Shown here in pieces: positions 40,507 through 49,939 of a stretch of 64,000 bases of DNA. The stretch spans positions 1,376,001-1,440,000 of the forward strand of contig JAXHLW010000013.1 of the NCBI GenBank assembly GCA_034521815.1, read 5' to 3'. Made by a program: the position numbers and the translations under genes. The notes beneath the pieces were generated by a model. The model ran no database searches. It saw nothing but the letters and a program-made list of their open reading frames with translations, and was not told the DNA's origin. The DNA comes from Trueperaceae bacterium (GTDB lineage: Bacteria > Deinococcota > Deinococci > Deinococcales > Trueperaceae). Each line of letters begins with the position of its first letter. Position 1 is the first letter of the stretch.

Positions 40507-42999
40507 TCACCCGGTCGACACCGGCGCCCGAACGGTCAGCAGCGACGGCACGTCGACGCTTCGTTCGCCCAGCGCCGCGACCGTGATCGGAAGCCGGCAG
40601 CTCGGAGCGGACGCCTGTCGCGATGCCGAGATCGCGTCCGGTCCGTCCCGCTGGCCCTCCAGGAGGCACCAGCTGAGGCCCGCCATGCCGATCGGCAGCG
40701 CGAGCGAATCGAACACGAGTCCCGCCCCGACGGCCGCGATCGCGCTGGCGAACATCGAGGTGATCACGAAGCCGGCCATGAAGCCCGTCACCCCGTCCAC
40801 CATGCAGCAGCCGACGTTGCCGCCGCTGGCCATGCACGTCCCGAAGCCCACCATGCCCGTGAACATGGAGAACGACAGTGCGACGAGGTTCGCGTACTCC
40901 ATGGCGTTGCCGCGCCCGTCGGCGCCCCGTCCCAGCGTCTCGCCCAGGACCGGATCGACGCGCCACCAGGCGGCGATCTCGGTCTCGTTCGGCATCGCCT
41001 CCGGCACGACCACCGCGTACCCCTGCTCGAGGTCGTCCGCGATCGCCCGGACCGACGCCTCGGGCAGCGGGAGGTCGGCCGCAGCGGCCTGCGAGCCCGG
41101 CGTGAGCGTGCGGACGGCGACGCCCTGCGAGCGAGCGGCGGCGAAGAACGACAGCGTGTCCTGCACCTCCTCGCCGCCTCCGAGGACCAGGCCCTCGACC
41201 GCCGACTCCCACACGCCGGCCCGCAGCGCGGTGTCGAACGACGGGACGAGCTCGCCACCGCCGCCGATCTCGAACGTCCGTCGGGCGTTGTGCACGATGT
41301 CGGTCTGTGCGGTCGACCTGTCGTACGCCGCGGTCGTGACGACCAGCGACGGCGTCGCACGGTACGAGACGACGTCCTCGTCGGCGATGAACGACGCGTC
41401 GTCGAACGCTTGGAACAGCTGAAGGAGCGGCGCGGCCAGCATCTCCTCGCTCAGCTCGTCGGACGGCTGGTCCACCGGCGCCCCGACGTCGGCCGCCTGG
41501 ACGTACAGCGTCTCCAGGTAGTCCAAGCCGTCACGAAGCGCGCTCAGCGAGCGCTGACTCAGGTAGGCGGCCGAGTAGCGGCCGGGCGCCAGCATGAAGG
41601 TGTGCTGCGCTTGGAGATCGAGAAGGATCTCCTCGTCGGTCATCGGCGTCAACGGGCCCGAGGCGTCGCCGTCGGCTCGGCGCTCGTCGCCGAGGCGGTC
41701 CACGATCATGCGGCGATAGGTGGTCTCCTGGCCTCCCGGCTCGATCAGCGTGAACTCGAGCCAGTGCGCGGTCATGGCGACGGCGTCCTCCTCGCCGCTG
41801 ACCTCGGACGTGGCGTCGGCCAGACCGCCCGCGAGGTTCCCGAACAGCCCGCCCGCCGCGGACGAGCCCGCGTCGGGCGGCACCACGCTGCCGAGCAGAT
41901 CGAAGAACTGGCCGCCCGGGGCCAGCGAGTCGTTGAACAGCGGGACGATGAAGACCGTGTCGTCGTACGCCTCCTGCCGGGGCGTCGAGAGGCCGTCGTC
42001 CAGGTACCCGTCAGGCAGGGCGAGGTAGCGGAGGGGCACGCCGTTCAGGTTCGCGACCGGCCGTTCCCACGCCTCCATGACCGGGTTCGTCTCGAGCTCG
42101 CCGCCCAGCCGACGCTCGACGACCGCCTGGAAGCGGAAGCGGTGCTGCAGCTCGGTCGGGATGTCGCCGTCGATGGTGGTGTCGGGCTCCAGCCCCGACG
42201 TCCATTCCGCGTCGGCCGGCGCGGCGGGGTGGACCGACGTCCACGGCTGGTCCGGGCCCAGGCGGTACTGCACCCAGGCGTAGTCGCGTGCGTCGTCGAT
42301 CACGGCGCTCATGTCCGCCCCGCCCAGCGACACGCCGGCGTCCTCCAGCGTGCCTCGGAGCCAGGCCGAGAGGTCCAGCGCTTCGCTCTCGAGCTCCGCT
42401 TTCAGCGCTTCGCTGCGCGCGTCCACCTGCTCGAGGTCCGCGCGGCTACCCGGCCCGGCCGCTGCGTACGCCTCCAGGGCGGCCGCCTGATCGACGGCGA
42501 GCGGTGCCGGCGAGCGCACGGTGTTCACCAGCGCCGTCGCGGCGTCGTCGGGCAGCGAGGCGCGAGCGATCCGCGCGGTGAACCCGGCGTCGTACAGCAG
42601 GCTGGCCAGCAGCAGCGACTGGTCCCAGGCGTTGGCGGCCCCGGCCTGAAGCGCACCGTCGGCGCCCCTGAGAACGCCCGCGTACGCCTGGTACGCGATC
42701 TCGTCTCGCACCCAGCTCGCGATCGTGTCGGGCTCCTCGAACGCGAGGTCGAACGCCAGGTCGTCCTTGGTCCAGTACGCGTCGGGCTGGGCGGCCTCGA
42801 GACCGTCCACCGTCCGTTCGATCTCGGCGAGCTTGGACACCGCGTCCTGGACGGAAGGATCCGTGGCCTGCGCCAGGGCCGCCGTCGTCCCGGGCCCCAT
42901 GAACATCAGTCCCACGACGAGGAGGTGGGTCAGCGCCGTCCGCAGCCTGGGCGCGACGTGGGCTCGAAACGTGGACGGGACGCGGTTCGTTGGGCTCAT
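40507..42999 (-). CDS. Secreted protein with a degenerate transglutaminase-like domain and a Cys/Gly-rich hydrophobic C-terminal tail (paralog B)
   Basis: [48 protein letters not shown] and WWRVDP are shared with paralog A. Confidence 0.72.
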   Translation of the reverse strand: MSPTNRVPSTFRAHVAPRLRTALTHLLVVGLMFMGPGTTAALAQATDPSVQDAVSKLAEIERTVDGLEAAQPDAYWTKDDLAFDLAFEEPDTIASWVRDEIAYQAYAGVLRGADGALQAGAANAWDQSLLLASLLYDAGFTARIARASLPDDAATALVNTVRSPAPLAVDQAAALEAYAAAGPGSRADLEQVDARSEALKAELESEALDLSAWLRGTLEDAGVSLGGADMSAVIDDARDYAWVQYRLGPDQPWTSVHPAAPADAEWTSGLEPDTTIDGDIPTELQHRFRFQAVVERRLGGELETNPVMEAWERPVANLNGVPLRYLALPDGYLDDGLSTPRQEAYDDTVFIVPLFNDSLAPGGQFFDLLGSVVPPDAGSSAAGGLFGNLAGGLADATSEVSGEEDAVAMTAHWLEFTLIEPGGQETTYRRMIVDRLGDERRADGDASGPLTPMTDEEILLDLQAQHTFMLAPGRYSAAYLSQRSLSALRDGLDYLETLYVQAADVGAPVDQPSDELSEEMLAAPLLQLFQAFDDASFIADEDVVSYRATPSLVVTTAAYDRSTAQTDIVHNARRTFEIGGGGELVPSFDTALRAGVWESAVEGLVLGGGEEVQDTLSFFAAARSQGVAVRTLTPGSQAAAADLPLPEASVRAIADDLEQGYAVVVPEAMPNETEIAAWWRVDPVLGETLGRGADGRGNAMEYANLVALSFSMFTGMVGFGTCMASGGNVGCCMVDGVTGFMAGFVITSMFASAIAAVGAGLVFDSLALPIGMAGLSWCLLEGQRDGPDAISASRQASAPSCRLPITVAALGERSVDVPSLLTVRAPVSTG

Positions 43000-43099
43000 T
43001 CGACACCTCTCGAAGATCGTTCGGGCGGGACGCTCGCAGCGCCGTGGGCCGGGCACGCACGCCGGCCTAAGCCGTCACGGCGCGCCTCCGTTCGGCGCG

Positions 43100-43975
43100 T
43101 CAGACGTCCCAGAAGCGCAGCTCGTCCTCGCGGAAGCCCGGGACGACCCAGTTCCCGAACGCCGTCAGGCCGTCACGGTCGGGTCGCTCGAGATGGTACC
43201 GGAAATTGGCCAGGTAACGCAGCATCACGTCGGGCGTCACGCCCACGCGGCCGGCCGCCTCCGACGCGACGTCGGCCAGCCGCCCCAGGCCGTGCTGCCG
43301 GGCGGCGCGAAGCTTGGCGACCAGCCGATCGGACGGCGGCCGGTCGCGCAGCGAGGCCCATACGGCGAAGGTGAACGGCAGCCGCGTACGGTCGTACCAG
43401 GCCTCGCCGAGGTCGGTCATGATCGGGGTCCGCCCGTCGATCGGGCGCCGGGCGACGCCCTCGACCAGCGCCGCGTCGCCGATCAGCAGCGCCGCGTCGT
43501 ACTCGCGCAGCATCACGTCCAGCAGGGGCGCGGTGGGCACCAGCTCGGCCTCGATCCCGTCGCGACGAAGCAGGCTCCTGAGCAGCTCGACGCTGGTCGC
43601 CGAGTCGGTGGACACCGCGATCCGGGCACCGCTCAGCTCGGACCAGGGCCGCCAGTGGAACAGGCTCACGCTGTACACCGGTCCGAGCGTCGCGATCGAG
43701 AAATCCGGCAAGGCCCGCAGCACGTCGCGGTGCCGCAGGAACTCGACCGACGAGATCAGCGTCAGGTCGATCGTGCCCTCGAGCAGGGCGCGGTTGAGCT
43801 CGCTGGGGACGCCGTGCACGAAGGTGGCGCGGTGACCGTCCTCGTCCCACGGCGTCAGCCGCCAGTGGAGCGGCGCGACGTTCGTGTAGGCGACGATGCC
43901 CAGGCGCTCGATCGCGCGCAATGATGCGTCCTCGGCGAGCCGGTCGGACCGAAAGTCGCTGCGCAGACCGCTCAT
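43100..43975 (-). CDS. mqnA: Chorismate dehydratase (futalosine pathway)
   Basis: YTNVAPL, GPVYSV, SATSV, LLIGDAAL and DLGEAWY...LPFTFAVW; coupled to mqnE. Confidence 0.9.
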   Translation of the reverse strand: MSGLRSDFRSDRLAEDASLRAIERLGIVAYTNVAPLHWRLTPWDEDGHRATFVHGVPSELNRALLEGTIDLTLISSVEFLRHRDVLRALPDFSIATLGPVYSVSLFHWRPWSELSGARIAVSTDSATSVELLRSLLRRDGIEAELVPTAPLLDVMLREYDAALLIGDAALVEGVARRPIDGRTPIMTDLGEAWYDRTRLPFTFAVWASLRDRPPSDRLVAKLRAARQHGLGRLADVASEAAGRVGVTPDVMLRYLANFRYHLERPDRDGLTAFGNWVVPGFREDELRFWDV

Positions 43976-45120
43976 GCCGCTTCGTGCACCTCGAGCTCGT
44001 TGTAGAGGGCGTCGCGCTTCACGGGCACGCGGCCCGCGTCGCGGATCAGCCGCAACAGCTCGGCTTCGGTGATCCCGGTCTCGGTCGAGGCGCCCGAGGC
44101 GTGGGCGATGCGCTCGTCCTTGATGGTGCCGTCGACGTCGCTGACGCCGGCCGACAGGGTGACCTGCACCAGCTCGGGCGTGATCATGATCCAGTAGCCC
44201 TTGACGTGCGGAACGTTGTCCAGCACGATGCGCGCGACCGCCAGGTTGCGCAGGTCGTCGACGCCGGTGGTGAACTCGGTCTTGCCCAGCTCGCGCGCCA
44301 GCTGGTTGTTGTCCGGCTGGAACGCCAGCGGCACGAAGCTCATGAAGCCGGGCGCCTCGTCCTCGAGGGCGCGGATGCGCATCATGTGGTCCAGCCGCTC
44401 CTCCAGCGTCTCGATGTGGCCGTAGAGCATCGTGGCGTTGGTGGGGATGCCCAGCTCGTGCGCGGTGCGGTGCACGTCCAGCCAGCCGTCCGCGTCGACC
44501 TTGGCGCGGGCGATGCGCTGTCGGACGCGCTCGGCGAAGATCTCGGCGCCACCGCCCGGCATGGCCACCAGCCCGGCGTCCTTGAGCTCCTGGAGCACCT
44601 CGCGGTAGGAGACCGGCTGGCGTTGGCCTTCGGGCCTGGCGATGCGGGTGAAGTGGTGGATCTCGGCCGCCGTCCACGCCTTGACCTGGTAGCCCCGCTC
44701 GGTCAGGCCGCGGGTCAGGTCGAGGTAGTAGTCCCAGCCGCGCTTCGGGTGGTGGCCGGAGCTGATGTGGATCTCGGTCAGGTCGGGGTGGGCGTGCTTC
44801 TCGACGTACGCCCAGACGTCGGACAGGTCCATGTCCCAGACGCCCTCTTCGCCCAGCTTGCGCTGGAACCCGCAGAACGTGCATCCGACGTAGCACACGT
44901 TCGTCTGGGAGAGTCGCAGGCTGTGGACGTAGTACGCCTTGTCGCCCACCTTCTCGCGACGGACGTGATCGGCCAGCGCCGCCAAGGCGGGAAGGTCGTG
45001 CGTGCGGAAGAGGGTCATGCCTTCCTCGAACGTCACGCGGCCTCCGGAGAGCACCTTGTCGACGATCGGCTCGAGGGCGGCGTCGCGGATCGGGAAGGCG
45101 TACGGCGCTGCGACGGTCAT
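43972..45120 (-). CDS. mqnE: Aminofutalosine synthase (radical SAM)
   Basis: CYVGCTFC, MPGGGAEIF, TNATMLYGHIE and HVKGYW; leaderless TACCCT. Confidence 0.88.
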   Translation of the reverse strand: MTVAAPYAFPIRDAALEPIVDKVLSGGRVTFEEGMTLFRTHDLPALAALADHVRREKVGDKAYYVHSLRLSQTNVCYVGCTFCGFQRKLGEEGVWDMDLSDVWAYVEKHAHPDLTEIHISSGHHPKRGWDYYLDLTRGLTERGYQVKAWTAAEIHHFTRIARPEGQRQPVSYREVLQELKDAGLVAMPGGGAEIFAERVRQRIARAKVDADGWLDVHRTAHELGIPTNATMLYGHIETLEERLDHMMRIRALEDEAPGFMSFVPLAFQPDNNQLARELGKTEFTTGVDDLRNLAVARIVLDNVPHVKGYWIMITPELVQVTLSAGVSDVDGTIKDERIAHASGASTETGITEAELLRLIRDAGRVPVKRDALYNELEVHEAA

Positions 45121-45181
45121 CCGATAAGGGTAGCAGCGGGGCGCGGCGCGCACGGTCGTGCGCGCCGCGTTTCCGGGCGGT

Positions 45182-45691
45182 TCAGTCCGAGCCGGCCTCC
45201 GCGTGGCTGAGGAGCCCGTCCTCCTGCGCCAGGATCGCGTCCACGCTGGGCAGGCGCTGCGCAGCGGCGTCGAACGACAGCTCCGCGGGGTCCTTGGCGG
45301 GATAGGCGGCCGGATCGCCGACGACGATGCGTCCCACCATGCCCAGCGACTCGTGCGGCAGGCAGTAGAAGTCGTACACGCCTTCGGCGGTCAGGGTGAT
45401 CTCGAAATCCTCGCCGATGTTCGACGACCACGCCTGGGCGTCCTCGGGGATCCGCTGCGGCTTGCCGTTCTCCTCGGCGTAGGCGACGGTGTTGTGGCTG
45501 CCGTTCTCGATCACGAATCGGACGGTGGTACCCGGCTCGATCGCGACCCCGACGGGATCGAAGTAGAACTGGCCGTCCTGGGTGTTCATCGTGATGGTGA
45601 CGGTCTCGCCCTCCTGGGCGAAGGCGCTGCCGAGAACCAGCATCGCGGCGACGGACAGGGTGGTGACGAGGGTCGTGACGAGGGTGCGCAT
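45182..45691 (-). CDS. Plastocyanin/halocyanin-type blue copper protein
   Basis: Signal peptide; HN...YCLPHESLGM type-1 copper ligands. Confidence 0.88.
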   Translation of the reverse strand: MRTLVTTLVTTLSVAAMLVLGSAFAQEGETVTITMNTQDGQFYFDPVGVAIEPGTTVRFVIENGSHNTVAYAEENGKPQRIPEDAQAWSSNIGEDFEITLTAEGVYDFYCLPHESLGMVGRIVVGDPAAYPAKDPAELSFDAAAQRLPSVDAILAQEDGLLSHAEAGSD

Positions 45692-45854
45692 GCGCACCTC
45701 CTTTCGCACAGGCACTCTGTCACCTCGGCGCGTCCGCTCCCGCTAAATTCGAGACGGAGCGGGGAGGCGGACGGGGTGGTGTGACGGCGGCCGCGGCCGC
45801 GGGGAGTGCGGCGGAGGGGAGTCCGGCGGAGGCGACCTGATGTCGACGGTCCGC

Positions 45855-47264
45855 TCAGATGTGCAGCGAGGCTCCACCGGCGGCCAGCGCCGCCTCCTTG
45901 ACGATCTCGGACAGCGTGGGGTGGGCGTGCACCGTGCGGGCCACGTCTTCGGCGCTGGCGCCGAACGTCATCGCCGTCACCGCCTCGGCGATCAGGTCGC
46001 CGGCATGCGCGCCGATGATGTGCACGCCCAGGAGCCGATCGGTGTCCGCGTGGGCGAGGATCTTGACCTTGCCGCCGGTGCGGTCCATGGCGCGGGCACG
46101 GCCGTTGGCCTGGTAGGGGAACACCCCCTTGACGTAGGGGACGCCCTCCTCCTTCAGCGCCTCCTCGGTCTTGCCGACGGTCGCGATCTCGGGCTCGGTG
46201 TAGACGATCCCCGGAACCAGCCCGTAGTCGACGTGACCGGCGCCGGTGACGATCCTCTCGACCGCGGCGACGCCGTCCTCCTCGGCCTTGTGGGCCAGCA
46301 TCGGACCGGCGATCACGTCGCCGATGGCGTAGAACCCTTTCGCGGTGGTCCGGAACGCCTCGTCGACCTTGATTCTCCCCCGCTCGTCGAGCTCGACGCC
46401 GACGTCGTCCAGACCCAGGTCGGCCGTGTTGGGCGTGCGCCCGACGGCCAGCAGCACACGGTCGGCCTCGACCGGCTCCTCGCCTTCGACTTGGATCACG
46501 GCGCGCTTCTTCTTGCCGCGACCTTTCACCTGGACGCCGGTGACCTTCGAACCGAGCCTGAAGGTCATGCCTTGCTTGGCGAAGGTCTTCTGCGCCTCCT
46601 TGGCGATCTCGGCGTCCATCCCGGGCAGCACCCGGTCCAGGTACTCGAGCACCGTCACCTCGGCGCCCAGACGCTGCCAGACCGAGCCGAGCTCGAGGCC
46701 GATGTAGCCGGCACCGATCACGACCAGATGGCCGGGGACCTGGTCGAACGCCAGCGCTCCAGTGGAGTCGACGACGACCTCGCCGTCGATCTCGACGCCG
46801 GGCAGCGTCGCGACCTTCGACCCCGTCGCGATCAGCACGTGCTCGGCCGCGAGCTCCTGGGCGTCGTCGTCACCGCCCTCCTGACCGTGCACGACCACCG
46901 TGCCGGGGCCGGTGATCCGGGCCGTACCGGCATAGCGGGTCACGCCGTTCTTCTTCATCAGGAACGCCACGCCGTCGGTGTTGGCCTTCACGACCGCGTC
47001 CTTGCGTTCCATCATCGCGGCCAGGTCGAGACCCACCTCGCCCAGCTGGATGCCGTGCACGTCCAGCCCGTGCTTCGCTTCGGCATAGCGCTCGCTGGAC
47101 TCCAGCAGCGCCTTGCTGGGGATGCAGCCCACCCGGACGCAGGTACCGCCCAGCGCCGCTTCCTTCTCGACGATGCCGACGTTCAGCCCCAGCTGCGCGG
47201 CGCGAATCGCGGCCACGTAGCCGCCGGGTCCGGCACCGATGACGATCAGATCGTGTTCGGGCAT
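45855..47264 (-). CDS. lpdA: Dihydrolipoyl dehydrogenase (E3)
   Basis: GAGPGGYVAA, GGTCVRVGCIPSK and HAHPTLSE. Confidence 0.96.
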   Translation of the reverse strand: MPEHDLIVIGAGPGGYVAAIRAAQLGLNVGIVEKEAALGGTCVRVGCIPSKALLESSERYAEAKHGLDVHGIQLGEVGLDLAAMMERKDAVVKANTDGVAFLMKKNGVTRYAGTARITGPGTVVVHGQEGGDDDAQELAAEHVLIATGSKVATLPGVEIDGEVVVDSTGALAFDQVPGHLVVIGAGYIGLELGSVWQRLGAEVTVLEYLDRVLPGMDAEIAKEAQKTFAKQGMTFRLGSKVTGVQVKGRGKKKRAVIQVEGEEPVEADRVLLAVGRTPNTADLGLDDVGVELDERGRIKVDEAFRTTAKGFYAIGDVIAGPMLAHKAEEDGVAAVERIVTGAGHVDYGLVPGIVYTEPEIATVGKTEEALKEEGVPYVKGVFPYQANGRARAMDRTGGKVKILAHADTDRLLGVHIIGAHAGDLIAEAVTAMTFGASAEDVARTVHAHPTLSEIVKEAALAAGGASLHI

Positions 47265-47429
47265 GAAATCCCTCCGCGAAGAAGCATACCGTCGCGGTCC
47301 AGCGAGCCGCCGCTGCCGACGCCGTCCCGCGCCATGGAGGATCGTCGACGACCTGGCGGGCCCCATCCACGTCGCTCCCTCGACGCAGTGTGCGCTCTCG
47401 TGCCATTATCGATATGGAGGTGTACCGTG

Positions 47430-48494
47430 ATGGATCCTCATAAAGCTTCGGCTAGAGCCATAGTATTCGGCCTACTCATCGCCCTTGTGGCCTGCTCGGG
47501 TCCGGGCGACACGTCTCAGCCGATCACGTCGGACGAGGCGGTACGCACCATGGACGCGTTGGTCACCGACGTCGAGAGCGCGCTCACCGGGCTCGAGAGC
47601 GATCCGGACCTGGCCGCCGTGGCCGGCTTCTTCGAGGGGACCACCACCGTCACCCCGGCCGGCGGCTTGTCGCCCGCCCAGCTCGCAGAGCCGTTCGAGC
47701 TTCCGCGTGGCGTTCTGGCGTGGTCGCCCGACACCGGGTACGCGCCGGACGAGGGAGCCACGCCGCCGGCGCCGTACGACTACCAAGTGATCGGGAACCC
47801 GAGCGACGCCGAGGCCGAGCTACGCATCGACTGGGACGCGGGCGACCCGCCCGCGACTCTCGCCTTCGCAGGCAGCACGATCGAGCTGCCGACCGACGCG
47901 TCGGCCGTCGCCGTGGTGGGAGGCGAGACGGTCGTCGAGGCGACCCTCACCGCCAGCTGGGAGCTGGTCGAGGAGACCCGTTGCGGCGCCACCGCCTCGT
48001 CGCTGACGGCGACCAGCCTCGTGCTCGAGGTGATGGCCGGATCGCGCACGTTCACGGCGACCCTGACGACGACGCCGGACTCGACCTCGCTGTCGCTGGA
48101 TCTCGCGCTCGGCGGTGTCGGAGCCGATCTCGGGTTCACGTTCGACGAGCAGATCCGCATTCTTGCCGAGCCGTGCGCGACCGGGCTTCCCCTGGGCGGC
48201 GCGATCGGCACGCCTTCGAGCGCCGGGCTGGACCTCGGCGTGACCTCGCCCGACCACAGCGCGGCGGTCTCCGCGGCGTTCGCCGACATCGTCTGGAACA
48301 CGGCGGTCGATCCGGTCACCCTCGCTGCGTTCGACGTGTCCGGCAGCCTCACGATCGACGGCTCGGAAGCCGGCACGCTGGAGGGCAGCTTCGACGACGC
48401 TGCGAGCCCACCCTTCGATGGAAGCGTGACCTTCGACGACGAGACGAGGACGTTCGACGAGATCGTCGACGAGCTTTCCGGCACCCAACCCTGA
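47430..48494 (+). CDS. Hypothetical acidic lipoprotein
   Basis: GGAGG RBS, lipobox LVAC, Thr/Asp-rich beta-strand-like sequence. Confidence 0.72.
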   Translation: MDPHKASARAIVFGLLIALVACSGPGDTSQPITSDEAVRTMDALVTDVESALTGLESDPDLAAVAGFFEGTTTVTPAGGLSPAQLAEPFELPRGVLAWSPDTGYAPDEGATPPAPYDYQVIGNPSDAEAELRIDWDAGDPPATLAFAGSTIELPTDASAVAVVGGETVVEATLTASWELVEETRCGATASSLTATSLVLEVMAGSRTFTATLTTTPDSTSLSLDLALGGVGADLGFTFDEQIRILAEPCATGLPLGGAIGTPSSAGLDLGVTSPDHSAAVSAAFADIVWNTAVDPVTLAAFDVSGSLTIDGSEAGTLEGSFDDAASPPFDGSVTFDDETRTFDEIVDELSGTQP

Positions 48495-48515
48495 CGCTTC
48501 GGCCGTCCCGATGAA

Positions 48516-48548
48516 ACGAGCCCCGGACCGCGCGGTCCGGGGGCTCGT
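48516..48548. terminator. Hairpin between convergent genes (likely bidirectional terminator)
   Basis: ACGAGCCCCGGACCG-CG-CGGTCCGGGGGCTCGT. Confidence 0.65.
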
Positions 48549-48582
48549 GCGACGAGGCGTCGACGCGGCGTCGGCGAGTTGG

Positions 48583-49890
48583 CTACACCTCGATCAGCAT
48601 GCGCGCAGGCCGCTCGACGGCGTCCTTGATGCGCTTCAGGAAGGTGACCGCCTCGCGGCCGTCGACGATGCGGTGGTCGTAGGTGAGGGCGAGGTACATC
48701 ATCGGCCGGATCACGACCTGGCCGTCGATCGCCACGGGTCGCTGCTGGATGGTGTGCATCCCCAGCACGCCCGACTGCGGCGGGTTCACGATCGGGGTCG
48801 AGAGCAGGCTGCCGAACACGCCGCCGTTGCTGATGGTGAAGGTGCCGCCCTGCAGCTCGTCGGGCGTCAGCTTGTTCTGCTGGGCGCGCGCGCCGAAGTC
48901 GGCGATGGCCGCCTCGAGCTCGGCGAAGCTCATGGTCTCGGCGTCGCGCACGACCGGCGTGACCAGGCCCTTCTTCGTCGACACCGCGACCGCGACGTCG
49001 TAGTAGTCCTTGTACACGATGCGGTCGTCACGAATCTCGGCGTTGAGCTGCGGGATCGTCTTGAGCGCGTCGATGGCGGCCTTGACGAAGAAGCTCATGA
49101 ACCCCAGGCGGACGCCGTAACGCTTCTCGAACGCGTCCTTGTACTCCGAGCGCAGCGCCATGACCTCGCTCATGTCGACCTCGTTGAAGGTGGTCAGCAG
49201 CGCGGCGGTCTGCTGCGCCTCGACCAGGCGCCGCGCGATCGTGCGCCGCAGCGGGCTCATCGCGACCGATTCCTCGCGACGGTCCGCGGCGGTCCCCGCC
49301 TGCGCCTGCGCCTGCGTGGAGGACCCGGCCTCGGCGCCGCCCTCCTTGCCCGCCGTGCCTCCAGCGTCCAGGTGACGCTGAACGTCCTCCTTGAGGAGGC
49401 GCCCGCCGGGGCCCGTGGCGCGCACCGCGGCGGCGGACAAGCCGTGCTCGTCCAGCAGCCTGCGGGCGGCCGGCATGACGGCACTGGGCTCGTCGCCGGA
49501 GGGCTCGTCGCCGGAGGGCGCCTCGGCAGCGGGCTCTCCACCGGCGGGCTTCGCCGGCTTCGGAGCGTCCCCGGGCTTCGCGTCTTCCGCGGGCTCGTCC
49601 GCGTCGGACGGCGCGTCGGCCCCTTCGGTCGCCTCGGCATCGTCGCCCGACGCAGCGCCCGCCTCGATGCGGGCGATGACCTCGCCCACCTCGGCGCTGT
49701 CGCCCTCGGACTTGAGGACCTCCTTCAGCACCCCGGCCTCGGACGCGGGAACCTCGAGCGTGGCCTTGTCGGTCTCGACCTCGACCAGCGGCTCGTCCTT
49801 CTCGACCCGGTCGCCGGGCTGCTTGAGCCAGGCTCCGATGAACACCTCGTTGATCGACTCGCCCACGGAGGGCACCTTGACGTCCGTCAT
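48583..49890 (-). CDS. sucB: 2-oxoglutarate dehydrogenase E2
   Basis: Lipoyl motif [14 protein letters not shown] and YDHRIVDG. Confidence 0.96.
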   Translation of the reverse strand: MTDVKVPSVGESINEVFIGAWLKQPGDRVEKDEPLVEVETDKATLEVPASEAGVLKEVLKSEGDSAEVGEVIARIEAGAASGDDAEATEGADAPSDADEPAEDAKPGDAPKPAKPAGGEPAAEAPSGDEPSGDEPSAVMPAARRLLDEHGLSAAAVRATGPGGRLLKEDVQRHLDAGGTAGKEGGAEAGSSTQAQAQAGTAADRREESVAMSPLRRTIARRLVEAQQTAALLTTFNEVDMSEVMALRSEYKDAFEKRYGVRLGFMSFFVKAAIDALKTIPQLNAEIRDDRIVYKDYYDVAVAVSTKKGLVTPVVRDAETMSFAELEAAIADFGARAQQNKLTPDELQGGTFTISNGGVFGSLLSTPIVNPPQSGVLGMHTIQQRPVAIDGQVVIRPMMYLALTYDHRIVDGREAVTFLKRIKDAVERPARMLIEV

Positions 49891-49939
49891 CGAATCTCCT
49901 CGTTTCGGGCGAGCGTCGGCGCGCCGCCGGATCGCGTCG

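Noticed and set aside
45755-45835. G-rich tract as a G-quadruplex or ECF promoter upstream of the cupredoxin gene
   Set aside because: The G-runs have long irregular loops and the spacing does not fit an ECF promoter; unremarkable at this GC content.
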